64,000 nt of DNA, from NCBI RefSeq assembly GCF_006345805.1, contig NC_043015.1:39370001-39434000 (forward strand), given 5' to 3'. Both the position numbers and the translations under genes were made by a program. The stretch is from Octopus sinensis. Its lineage: Eukaryota. Each line of letters opens with the position of its first letter. The first letter of the stretch is position 1. The notes under the pieces are model-generated. The model saw only the letters and a program-made list of their open reading frames with translations, was not told the origin of the DNA and did not search any database. Below, in pieces: positions 1 to 12,402 of this stretch.

Positions 1-8
1 GGACTTAC

Positions 9-96
9 CATGTTTTGGAACAGGAATGGCAGAGAAGTTAACCGCGTCAACAGCAACAACAACAACAACTACACAACAGCAGCAGCAGCACTCCAT
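9..96 (-). CDS. Candidate first coding exon (MECCCCCCVVVVVVAVDAVNFSAIPVPKH+G) running into an intron that leaves the window
   Basis: Minus-strand ATG at 96, open for 29 codons + 1 nt to a CATG|GTAAGT donor (positions 8-3). Hydrophobic signal-like stretch, but it is encoded by a (TGC/GTT)n microsatellite. Confidence 0.25.
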
Positions 97-356
97 AAGA
101 ACGACCAAAGAGCAGTGTTGCACTGTCAGACGTCTCTTGCCTTACTGTGATGAATTCTTCGAGACACGCTACTGAAATACTTCCCCTCGTTACCATCGCT
201 CGTCACCTCAGCCCAAACCTTTCCAAGCCTTGTTGGATTGGTTAAATTATCTCGAAACCGAACTAGACTAGTCTCACTCGTATTCTTGCAGACCCTCTTT
301 CTACACATGTTTACCAAAAACATTGGCACTTTTTTTCTTCCTCGTTCTTTTTCTTC

Positions 357-588
357 TTTTATTATTATTATTATTATATTATTATTATTATTATATTATT
401 ATTATTATTATTATTATTCATCATATCGCCGTCGTCGTCGTCGTCATCATCATCATCATCATCATCATATCATCATTATCATCATCATCATCATTATCAT
501 CATCATCATCATCCATTATTATTTCATTATTATTATTATTATATTATTATTATTATTATTATTAGTATCATTATTATTATTATTATTA

Positions 589-651
<63 letters not shown>

Positions 652-691
652 CATTATTATTATTATCATTATTATTATTATATTATTATTA

Positions 692-727
<36 letters not shown>

Positions 728-735
728 ATTATTTT
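357..735. repeat. Compound (ATT)n/(ATC)n/(CGT)n microsatellite
   Basis: Directly visible trinucleotide tracts. Confidence 0.95.
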
Positions 736-790
736 AATGTTTCCCATCTGTGTTTTTTTTTATCTTGATTTTTTTTTTCTCTTTAATATT

Positions 791-1158
791 CTTTTAGTCT
801 TTCACTTGTTTCAGCCATTTTATTGCGGCCATGCTGGGGCACCACTTCGAAGGTCTTTAGTCAAGCAAATCGACCCCCCAGGGCTAATAATTTATTCTGT
901 CTGTTCTTTTGCCGAACCGCAAAGTTACGGGGATGTAAACACACCAACCTTTTGTCAAGTAGTGGTGGGGGACAAACACACACATACATACATATATACA
1001 TATATACGACGGGCTTCTTTCAGTTTCCGTCTACCAAATCCTCTCACAAGGCTTTGGTCGGCCCGAGGCTACGGTACAAGACACTTGCCCAAGGTGCCAC
1101 ACAGTGGGACTGAACCCAGAACCATGTGGCTGGTAAGCAAGCTACTTACCACACAGTT
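791..1158 (-). mobile_element. tRNA-derived SINE, family A (head GGAGTGGCTGTGTGG, tail ...GACTGAAACAAGTAAAAGAG)
   Basis: Reverse complement gives an A/B-box head, the conserved GCCTTGTGAGTGGATTTGGTAGACGGAAACTGAAAGAAGCCCGTC domain and the family tail. More than 10 copies occur in the window. Confidence 0.9.
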
Positions 1159-1197
1159 ACAGCTGCGTCTTTATCTTTATTTTTCTCTCTTAAGATC

Positions 1198-1231
<34 letters not shown>

Positions 1232-1517
1232 CTTCTTCTTCTTCTTCTTCTTCTTCTTCTCCTCCTCCCTCTATGCTCGTGCTATCAATCTACAACCACT
1301 GAGTCTAGCCCCATTTATCCGCCCCTATTTCGTCGTCCTCATTCACATTTTATAGAATTTACTGAAGAACAGTTTTTATTCTGAAAGAGGAAAGACTTCT
1401 CTCTGCTGCATGCACAACGAACTTTTGCTGGTCATGGCCACAATAAAAAGGATTCCTTTCTGCTTTTCGTTGTGAAAGAAAGCCGTCAGATCGAACGTTG
1501 CAGAAACTTGGGCTGAC

Positions 1518-2286
1518 AGCTGGATCCGTCTCTCAAATGATCACATACACAGACACCAATCGAGTATCGAAAGAGTTCAATATCTGTGAACAGTTCAGAT
1601 AGATTCGACTGAGGGCGGCTCTGACATGTTAAAGCCCCTCTGTGGCTCTTCTTTCAGTCAGTTGACTGCGGCCATGCTGGAACACCGCCTTCAAGGGCTT
1701 TAGTCGAACAAATCGACCCCAGAACTAATACTTATTCTATCTGTCTCATTTGCCGAACCGCTAAATTACCAATACAAACCGAGCTGTATTGGTAACTGTT
1801 CATAATATCCGGCGAGAAAACCTTTCAGGAAAAGACAACTCAAACTGACCTTTGTCCAAGAGTATCTATTGATAATCAATCCTGTACATCTGCAACTCTT
1901 TCTGTCCGTATTTCTAGCGATAATCTTTTGACCAACCTTTTAAAGGTCTGACATTATCAACATATTGTTTCTGTTTTGGCCCTTTAGATTGTTTTCAACC
2001 TCATCCAGTCTGTTTTATGTCTCTCTATCATGATATATATTTGCGGTTCGGCAAATGAGACAGATAGAATAAGTATTAGTTCTGGGGTCGATTTGTTCGA
2101 CTAAAGCCCTTGAAGGCGGTGTTCCAGCATGGCCGCAGTCAACTGACTGAAAGAAGAGCCACAGAGGGGCTTTAACACGTCAGAGCCGCCCTCAGTCGAA
2201 TCTATCTGAACTGTTCACAGATATTGAACCCTTTCGATACTCGATTGGTGTCTGTGTATGTGATCATTTGAGAGACGGATCCAGCT
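1518..2286. repeat. Long inverted repeat: 244-bp arms (1518-1761 / 2043-2286), 281-bp spacer
   Basis: Arms are reverse complements with 2 mismatches (positions 1574 and 1626). Each arm is unique sequence plus a SINE-A 3' fragment. Confidence 0.95.
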
Positions 2287-2740
2287 ATTAGCCAAGTATA
2301 TATATATATATGATTTATATACAAGGCCTTTGTGGGTGCAAAACCATCGGTCACTCTATAACCGGACATTAACTTTATCATTTTTAATATGTTACTGTTC
2401 TGTGGTTTAGAGTGTGATTCTTTCCCGGATATTGACGATATATATATATATATATTATATATATATATATATATTATATATATGATGTACGTAGACCGCT
2501 ATATGTATATACAAATCCAAAAAATGGAACAAGAACGCAACAGACGACAATAAAACATCCGGACAGATAGACGATGCGAAGACGGACAGAGAAAAACAAG
2601 GACGGGTCATTCACAAGTTCCTCTCATCAGTCAAGTTACCAAATTATCGTTACAGTTTCGGGCAGTTACACTTGAGACTGTTTAAATCTGATTGCCCCCA
2701 AAAATCTAAGTTAAGAGCATTACATTTTTGGGGAGAAAGC

Positions 2741-3003
2741 AGAACTCAGAACGTAACGGCAGACGAAATACCTATTTCTTTATTACCCACAAGGGGCTAA
2801 ACACAGAGGGGACAAACAAGGACAGACATAGGTATTAAGTCGATTACATCGACCCCAGTGCGTAACTGGTACTTAATTTATCGACCCCGAAAGGATGAAA
2901 GGCAAAGTCGACCTCGGCGGAATTTGAACTCACAACGTAACGCAGACGAAATACCGCTAAGCATTTCGCCCGGCGTACTAACGTTTCTGCCAGTTCGTCG
3001 CCT
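2741..3003 (-). mobile_element. tRNA-derived CORE-like SINE, family B, nested on a second family-B head
   Basis: Head GGCGGCGAGCTGGCAGAAACG..GAGTTCAAATTCC, core GTCGACTTTGCCTTTCATCCTTTCGGGGTCGAT, tail GTGGGTAATAAAGAAATAG. Confidence 0.9.
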
Positions 3004-3029
3004 TTAAAAAAAAATATGTAGAAATATTC

Positions 3030-3247
3030 TTTTCCACTCCAGGAACAAGGGCTGAAATTTTTGTAGAGGCGGGTGGGCAGTCGATTAGATCGACCCCAGT
3101 ATGCAACTGGTACTTAATTTATCGGCGCCGAAAGGATGAAAGGTAAAGTCGACCTCGGCGGAATTTGAACTCAGAACGTAAAGACGGACGAAATAGTGTT
3201 AAGGCATTTTGGATGGTGTGCTAACAATTCTGCCAGCTTGTCGCCTT
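3030..3247 (-). mobile_element. SINE family B, older subfamily (alternative tail ...GGCCTTGTGCC)
   Basis: Same head and core motifs. Confidence 0.85.
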
Positions 3248-3895
3248 ATGTCAATGTGAAAATTAAAACGTACTTTAATGAGATGACTAATAACCCGAAT
3301 AACAACACCAAGTGATAATAATAATCTTACCAATGGCAACTCATTGTAGAATTAAGAACACCAACAAATTTACGACAGTCCCAGTAATATCAGAAGTCTT
3401 CAGTTAGCCTTAGTAGAGTTGCCTTTCGCTTTACGTGGAATACGATATTATTTAGATATTCATTTCAGAAACCTGTGGAGTTTGTTTAATCTATAAATCT
3501 CTGGTGGACTTCTTTTACAATTCTCACAAGTCCTCGGCACTCTCTCACCATTCTCTCATTCTCTCTCTTCTTCTCTATCCAATATATTACGCAACGGTTG
3601 GCCATAGTTCTCACTTCTTTTACGATATCTCTGGATTTATATATGTTCAAAGCTACCATTCTTATTCCAAATAGTTCACTCACAAAGACATTATTTATTT
3701 GAACAGTCTTACCAATTCTCATGTTACGTAATATTCTATTTGTTTTGTATATGCTAGTATTCAACTAAATTCTGCCTATTTTCTTGCCTGGTCTTCCATA
3801 AATTGTTTTCCTTCAAGTGTCCACTATTCCCGCTGTTATTTCTACTCCCTCACTTTCCGTCTCTCCTCTCCTCTCTCTCTCTCTATCTATCTATC

Positions 3896-3936
<41 letters not shown>

Positions 3937-3952
3937 TATAATATATATATAT

Positions 3953-4010
<58 letters not shown>

Positions 4011-5371
4011 CATATGTATATATATATATATATGTATGTATATATCTGCCTCTATCTCCTATTACTTCTCTTTCTTTTATTATGTTTATTAGTTTTTTTT
4101 TTATTTCTTCGAAAATTCTAGATACTCAGTTACGCATATTTCAAGACTTACCATTTTCTCTTATCTCTAACATCATTATATACGTCAACAGGCAATATTT
4201 TCTCGTCGCCCCAACTTGATCACATAGTTACTGTTCGGTTGAAATGGAGAAACCTCTCTCACTTTCCAAGTGTAGGATAACTTTAAAAAAAAAAACTGAT
4301 AGAATTAGCCTTTTTTTCCATGTTTGATACAAATATTCATAGAATTAGCCTTTTATTTCCTTGTTTGATATAGATATTGCCTTAAATTCACTCGAAGAAC
4401 ACACACTGATTAAGTTAGGAGCCACAAACATTGATAAACTCAAAGAACTATCACAGACATGTAAGCATATTCTGGACTGGATCACTTGAGATTTGAAACC
4501 ACATCTTCCAGCTTCACAATAGAAATGGAACTGTGGATGATTCTGGTTGTTGAGCCGGTTAAATGGCCAACGACAGAACAAATAACCGAATTATCGTCTG
4601 GATACTTTTTTGTGGAAAAGTCTACAAAATTGTTCTTTATTTTATGCAACGTCTTTTAGTAAAATGGTAGAGAATGTCGGCGTTCCTGCCAAGTTTTTGG
4701 CGTGAAACCATTATTGCCTCTCAAGAGAATGTCATCTTCAACTCCAATTTATTAACGTTGTCTCTAAGTTACTTCAGTCACATTGAGTGATTCATCTTTC
4801 AGAGGTTGGTCAACGGTTTGGTCAGCGAATCATGGAATAGATTCTCTGGAATCTCCTGTCTGAGAATTTCATCACTCAGTCGTCATGATCGCCAAATCTT
4901 GCTTCAATTATATACATGTGCATCCACTTGGGGCTCTGCCTTCATGAACCAGTTATGCATATATGTGTGTGAGTGTGTGTGTATACATACATGTATGTGC
5001 ATATATGTCTGTGCGTGTGTGTATGTGTGTATGCACACACACACACATACACATACGTACATATATGTATCTTAATCTAATCCCCTGGCCCCTTTTCATT
5101 CTACCACTTTTTTCACACTATCCGCTGACCGGTTGTACCACTCCACCTTCGACAATATTCAAATAAGAGCAGTCGCCATATTCCCTTACAAGTCGGCTAA
5201 CTCTGATGAGCGTAAAGTTATATAATTGGTTTGTTACCTAACACTCCATTGTAACTCTTTACGTGAAACCGATTGGTAAGACCAACCGTGATAGATATTT
5301 AATACTATACATTTCAGAGTGTGTGTGTGTGTGTATATATGTATGTATATGTATATATGTATATATATATA

Positions 5372-5580
5372 TTCTTTTATTCTTTTACTTGTTTCAGTCA
5401 TTTTGATTGTGGCCATGCTGGAGTACCGCCTTTTAGTCGAAGAAATCTACCCTGGACTTATTCTTTGTAAGCCTGGTACTTATTCTGTCGGTGTCTTAGG
5501 CCGAACCCCTTGGTTACAGTCACGTAAATACACCAACATCGGTTGTCAAGCGATGATGGCGGGACAAATAGAAACACACA
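5372..5580 (-). mobile_element. SINE family A, 3' half
   Basis: Matches the family tail and body. Confidence 0.85.
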
Positions 5581-5621
5581 ATATATACATACACACACAC
5601 ACACACACACATATATATATG

Positions 5622-6285
<664 letters not shown>

Positions 6286-6287
6286 AC

Positions 6288-6298
6288 AGACAGACAGG

Positions 6299-6366
<68 letters not shown>

Positions 6367-6392
6367 CAGATAGAGAGAGAGAGAGATAGAGA
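6288..6392. repeat. (GATA)n microsatellite
   Basis: Directly visible. Confidence 0.95.
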
Positions 6393-6700
6393 TAAACTGA
6401 CAGTTGCCTACTGATCCTCTAAACCAGTGATTCTCAACGCGGGATAGATGCCCCACCAGTGGGGTCTGGGAAAATTGAGGTAGGGAGTGGGATCCAAAAT
6501 TTTTCTTTTCTTTCTTTTTTTTTCTTAGAGGGACATGGAAATGTGAAAATCATTATTTCACAGCAAACAAACTACATCTCTACTCAGCCTAACCAAACCA
6601 ATCCCTTAAGCCGAGCAAACCGTGTGAAGACTGTTTGCTACAGCACACCGCTATTCTAATGCCCTAGCGTGGATATTTCTTTAAGGGAAGTATATAATTA

Positions 6701-7117
6701 CTCTTTTACTCTTTTACTTGTTTCAGTCATTTGACTGCGACCATATTGAGCAAATCGACTCCAGAGCTTATTCTTGTAAGCCTAGTACTTATTCTATCGG
6801 TCTTTTTGCCGAACCGCTAAGTTATGGGGACATAAACACACCATCATCGGTTGTCAAGTGATGTTGGGGGAACAAACACAGACACACAAACATACACACA
6901 CACACACACAAAACATACACAAAACACACACACACATGCACACAATTATATATACATATAGGACGGGCTTCTTTCAGTTGCCGTCTACCAAATCCACTCA
7001 CAAGGCTTTGGTCGGCCCGAGGCTATAGTAGAAGACACTTGCCCAAGGTGCCACGCAGTGGGACTGAACCCATGACTATGTGGTTGGTAAGCAAGCTACT
7101 TACCACACAGCCACTCC
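6701..7117 (-). mobile_element. SINE family A, full length
   Basis: Head through tail present. Confidence 0.9.
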
Positions 7118-7454
7118 TTGAAATTTTAAAAATAAAGTTATTTTTTTCCAACCACCGATGGGGCATACATTTTTCTAGAAAGTTACTGTGGGACCTGAGT
7201 TCGGAGACACTACACTAAACGAAACCCTAAATAACTTATAAAACCGCTTTCATTGATGATCCTTCATCGATTTATTTGAATATGTTTACGCCATCATTCA
7301 TAACATTTATATTTCCATTCGCCGGACTTAAGACCCACATCGGAGACATAATGGGGCGAGAGAGGGGGTTGTATGAAGTGTGAAATGTTGAAAATTTGGC
7401 ACAGTGAAGCCAAAGTCAGTCCGTCCAATTGTGGCTGGAGAACTTTTGCCAGTA

Positions 7455-7894
7455 TAGTAATCCCTCGCCATATCGCGGTTCACATATCGCGGTTTATTAA
7501 TTAAGCTTACGTCGATTCCTCCGTGACGTTGTTTTCCATTTATAATAAAACTAGCAGTATCGCCCGGCGTTGCTCGGGTTTGTTTCGAATTGGAATTTTT
7601 GAAAAGTAAAAGTTTTGCATTATGCAGCACGGACTTTTGTCAGTGAACAGGTCGCGGATTTTAGCGACAAAAATATTTTGACAAACGAACGGCTTTTGTG
7701 TGTTTCTTAAATGGCTTACAAACACCTTCCACGCTGCGATTGTTTTCAAATCACTTGCTATGCGAGTACATCTCCGATAAATATATACAAATTGCAAAAA
7801 AAAAAAAAATGCAGTACTGTTTCTACTTCGCGGATTTTCACCTCTCGCGGGGGGTTTTTGGAACGTAACTACTGCGATAGTCGAGGGATTACTG
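7455..7894. mobile_element. pogo/Tigger-like MITE with TA target duplication, carrying an internal Helitron-like end
   Basis: TA|(C/T)AGTAATCCCTCG..ATCGCGG ... CTGCGATAGTCGAGGGATTACTG|TA TIRs. Internal ACTAGCAGTATCGCCCGGCGTTGCTCGGG at about 7551. Confidence 0.75.
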
Positions 7895-8051
7895 TATAGG
7901 ATACGAAGTGTCAACGCATTTACTGTTAAGAGGATAATCTACCGACTCCCTTAATTACGATTCTGTGTAATGCAGGGAAATCCCTGTTTTTCTTACAACC
8001 GAAGTAGTTTCTAGCAATTTTGTAGAGAATCGTCGTCAGGCAGAAGGCGGT

Positions 8052-8092
8052 AGATAGATAGATACATACACACACATACACACACACAGATG

Positions 8093-8147
<55 letters not shown>

Positions 8148-8200
8148 GGATAGACGGATAGACGGATGGATGGATGGATGGATGTATGGATGGATGGATG

Positions 8201-8267
<67 letters not shown>

Positions 8268-8336
8268 GGACAGATGGATAGATAGATATACATACATACG
8301 TACATACATACATACGTACATACATACATACATACA
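8052..8336. repeat. (GATA)n/(GGAT)n/(CATA)n compound microsatellite
   Basis: Directly visible. Confidence 0.95.
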
Positions 8337-8485
8337 TCTTTCCTTCTCCTATGTTTCCGACGAAGAGCTCCGCTCGAAACGTTAAACCCTCCTTCTTTCC
8401 TTCCTTCCTGAGCGTCCAATAATACTATATCTGTTCCACGTCCTCGCGTTGTTGTGATTTTTTGTGCTTTCTCTCTTGGATTAAC

Positions 8486-8488
<3 letters not shown>
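8337..8488 (+). mobile_element. Penelope-like element terminal (pLTR) fragment
   Basis: Contains the CCGACGAAGAGC..GCTCGAAACG motif typical of PLE termini. Confidence 0.6.
8353..8387 (+). ncRNA. Minimal type-I hammerhead ribozyme motif (Penelope type)
   Basis: GTTT-CCGACGA-A-GAGC-TCC-GCTC-GAAAC-GT-T-AAAC. Stem I GTTT/AAAC, stem II GAGC/GCTC, palindromic ACGT stem III, GUU cleavage triplet. The core has a U4C variant and an extra A. Confidence 0.6.
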
Positions 8489-8517
<29 letters not shown>

Positions 8518-8766
8518 CATAATACACACATACATACATACATACATACATACATACATACATACATACATACATACATACATACATAATACACACATAC
8601 ATACATACATACGTACATACATACATTACGTACGTGCATGCATACATACATACATACATACATACATACATACATACATACATACATACATACATAATAC
8701 ATACATACATATACACATAGGTAGACAGACAGATAAATAGATAGATATATATATATATATATATAT
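8488..8766. repeat. (CATA)n/(TA)n microsatellite
   Basis: Directly visible. Confidence 0.95.
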
Positions 8767-9268
8767 AGGGAGGGCGAGCGAGAGAGGGAGAGATAGAAAC
8801 ACCCTATGACTCACGATGCCGTTTTGTCTTTTTGTCTACGAACCATTCCAAATATTTTCTCCTTATCAACTGTATTCACTTAGACAACAACCACCACCAC
8901 CACCACCACTTCTAGTCTTCCTTCCTCTACTACTACTACTACTACTACTACTACTGTGTGCGCGTGGGAAGTGGATATGAATTGAGTGACCGGTTAGTTA
9001 AGTGCTTGGAATGTCAGGAAGCGAATGAGCAGATTGGCTTAGAATTTCGGACCGGATGCGATCCGTCGACTCCTCACTTAAAAGAACGTCAACCTATCAG
9101 GGAACCTAACTGGGACTGTCTTTAGACCCACGCCCCCTCCCCACACTCACACACGCACGCACACACACACGCACCTACACACACGCATTTATATATATGT
9201 GGTGTGTATGTGTGTGTATATGTGTGTATATGTGTCTATGTGTGTGTGAGTGTGTATACGCGTATATA

Positions 9269-9428
9269 CTCTCTTTTACTTGTTTCAGTCATTTGACTGC
9301 GGCCATGCTGGAGCACCACCTTTAGTCGAGCAACTCGACCCCCAGGACTTATTCTTTGTAAGCCTAGTACTTATTCTATCGGACTCTCTTGCCGAACTGC
9401 TAAGTTACGGGGACGCAAACACACCACC
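9269..9428 (-). mobile_element. SINE family A, 3' part
   Basis: Family tail and body. Confidence 0.85.
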
Positions 9429-9454
9429 ATCATTGTATTAACTCCCGACCACTT

Positions 9455-9835
9455 TTTATTATCTGAAGTTATATTCGGTTTATGTCTGCTTTGGGTTGAT
9501 GAATCTGATGCATTTTCATCAGCTTTCGGATTATGGCATCAACTTTGTTAACCTCAGTGATTCATCAGTGTATATCATTGAAGCCGTATTTGATTACAGG
9601 TATGGTCAGCGTGTGTATAGTCTCCATCTTGTTTCTGGCCTTCAGGTTTGGTTTCCAGAAACTCGCCAATAGCATTCCTTCCTTATCTTTTCTCTCATTA
9701 GTGAGTCTTTGATCACATCTCCTTCTCATGCTGCCAAATATTTATAACCGTTCTCAGATTCTCTCGGGTTCCAATTCTTTTATCCTGCATTGCTTCATCT
9801 TTCCAAAGTTGAATTCAGAAACCGTTTAACCGCTT
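9455..9835 (-). mobile_element. R4/Dong-like LINE remnant (RT C-terminal region)
   Basis: Minus-strand translation: GYKYL..EGDVIKDSLMREKIRKECYWRV..KARNKMETIHTLTIPVIKYGF..KVDAIIRKLMKMHQIHQPKADINRI. Confidence 0.75.
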
Positions 9836-10178
9836 CTGTCTTCGAATCACAATATCTACCAATACGAGCGTCACTAATTTTATTTTCTAGTTATAATATT
9901 AGATTAGGAGATGAATATATACCAACCTTATAATAAACCCGAACGAAGACCTCACTTACACGAATAAGGTTTCCAACACTCTAACTCACTGTTTAAAAAA
10001 AAATTAAAATAATAACACAGGCAAAAGAAGAATCTCTAACAAAGCCGCTCCGAATCAAAATAACGCCATGAAGAATAGCGGTTTCAATGATATGACTCAC
10101 TTTATTCTTAATCTTCCTAAAAATACCAAAAACTACGAAGAAAGGAAACTGGAACAATAAATGGTTTAATCCACATCC

Positions 10179-10212
<34 letters not shown>

Positions 10213-11184
10213 AAATATCAATGCTTATATAACACAACATTCTTTACCTCTCATTAACACAGACTTTCCATTGAACCACAAGCATCGAAATTTATTCAAT
10301 CGTTACACAATGAACATCAGCTAGAATTACACAGTCGATATTAAAGGTATCTTATATTAATTAATACCTTCTAATTCTAAGAAATATAATAAATACTGAG
10401 TTTATGCAAGTATAAAGGGTTGTGTCCTCTCAAGTAAAACTGCAATAGAAAAGTAAGTACGCCATTCCCTTAATGTAAATTCAATTAATAATAGCTATAA
10501 TAATTTCTTATATTAATAATTTCTTTACGAAACATTGCATAAGAATGACCGTGGGGTGTTTCAAAAACCGTTACTACAACCATATTTCATCTTTGCGAAG
10601 CGAATAATGTTTTATATGGTAATTAAAAAACAAAGAGAATTGACAATTTTAACATCTCTTGGCATATACTGAAACATACATTAACGTTTTCAAGATATGA
10701 AGGCTATCTGTTACGGGAAAATATTTAATTTCAAATAAACTCAATGTTTTCTTAAATAAACAACCAGAATTTTTCACCAAATGCAGATATTTTAGCAAGT
10801 TCCCCTTAGCTCATTAAATCAAATAATGGTTTCGATTACGCCCTTAATACTCTTTTGTTTATAATTTCTGTGCGAATGTATATCTGCGCGTCTATTCGCA
10901 GGCGGATACCAGCCTGCGAGCTGACATTTTCCTCTCCCGATTTCTAAACCTGCATCTTCAAACAGAAATGGGCAAGTTGCTGCCACAATTAAAGAAAACT
11001 TTAAATATATCCGCCATTCCTGAATAAATCTTTATTTGAATCCTATCCATTCAGAGAATGAGCTATTTGGCATGAAACTTTATATGAATATGTAATAATA
11101 TTTATCTACTGTATTATATCATTCATTTAAGAAAGCAACGTACCGAGGGCTCGCGTATTTGCTTGTGAATTATTTTCCATACAT

Positions 11185-11386
11185 GATCAGCTGACCATGT
11201 ATGGAAAAATGGAGGCCACCTTCCCCTGTGGGATGAAGTTAAAATAATAGACAGAGGACACCACTGGAAAATATGAAAACTAAAAGAAGCAGCACATATG
11301 CTAGGACACAATAACCTCCTAAGACTGAGTGCAGATATGAGTAGAATATGGGAACCGGTATTAAGGAAAGATAAGAAAATATTAGA
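11185..11386 (+). mobile_element. Penelope-like element, GIY-YIG endonuclease C-terminal remnant
   Basis: ADHVWK..LPLWDEVKIIDRGHHWKI*KLKEAAHMLGHNNLL..WEPVLRK. Confidence 0.75.
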
Positions 11387-11422
11387 TTTATAAGCTCTAA
11401 AATCCACTCCATAATTGCTCAC

Positions 11423-11510
11423 GGGCACATGGCGTAGTGCTTAAGAGCGCGGGCTACTAACCCAGGCAGTGACCTGAATAATAATAATAATATAATAATA
11501 ATAATAATCG
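11423..11510 (+). mobile_element. Very short tRNA-head SINE lacking a B box, with (AAT)n tail
   Basis: GGGCACATGGCGTAGTGCTTAAGAGCGCGGGCTACTAACCC directly joined to AGGCAGTGACCTGAATAATAAT. Confidence 0.55.
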
Positions 11511-11589
11511 TTATACATATTGTTTACACATTGTAAAACCCATTGTATCGCCCTTTTTTTTTGGGGGGGGGGGTCTTTTTATACTAAAA

Positions 11590-11885
11590 CAGTGATTCCC
11601 AAACTTTTTCAAGCTGCCGCCCCCTTGACACTTGATCAACATCCCCAGCCCCCCCCCCACACTCAGCATTACAAACGTGCACCATTTTCTGCAGCAAATT
11701 CAGAGCAACAGTATTTCAAAAATAAAACTTAACCTAATTAAACCATTCTTGGGGGGGGGGGGGTTACATCCATCAACCCCTTTTGGTCGCCCTATTATTG
11801 CCCCACTTTTCTTCTATGCTCTTCTTGATCCTTCAACTGACCACAGCGGGTCGGGGGGCAGTACCGGTCACTTTGGGAACCACTG
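11590..11885. mobile_element. hAT (Charlie/MER5-like) MITE
   Basis: TIRs CAGTGATTCCCAAA / TTTGGGAACCACTG. Degenerate 8-bp TSD TACTAAAA/TGTTAAAA. Confidence 0.8.
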
Positions 11886-11976
11886 TGTTAAAACTTAACA
11901 GTAAAACGCTTTCTTCGGTTTAATAGTAAATGTCTGTTTCATTTCTGTTAGCAAACTACATCTGTATTGCATGTTG

Positions 11977-12020
<44 letters not shown>

Positions 12021-12220
12021 GTGAGTTTTATATTGTCTGTGTGTGTGTGTGTTTTAGATTCATTTGTAGCCTGAATTCTTCAACAGTGTTGAGCTAAAAT
12101 GTCCGTTAGTGAAACCATGTCAATAATGGTACAATGAAATATACTCCGAGTAAAATTGTACGATGCACCACAGATATAGATATGAGATACACAGTTAGAG
12201 AGAAGGGGACACACACACAC

Positions 12221-12259
<39 letters not shown>

Positions 12260-12365
12260 AGACACATATATAAATACAAACATACACTTACGTACACATG
12301 TTCTCAATCATACCTACGATCATATGAGAACATACACGTTTAAACACGCGCACATGCTTCTACGT

Positions 12366-12402
<37 letters not shown>

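Noticed and set aside
3486-3764. 92-aa ORF MNTSIYKTNR..
   Set aside because: Flanked by in-frame stops, with no splice sites or recognisable motif; possibly a decayed retroelement.
4152-4280. 129-nt minus-strand segment with good acceptor and GTAAGT donor
   Set aside because: All three frames contain stops. It could only be a UTR exon or a short MMLEIREN start, with no further support.
4600-5290. Possible Tc1/mariner remnant
   Set aside because: No diagnostic motif or TIR could be read.
9960-9988. 29-nt minus micro-exon (ELECWKPYS)
   Set aside because: Phase incompatible with the upstream candidate exon; such site pairs are expected by chance.
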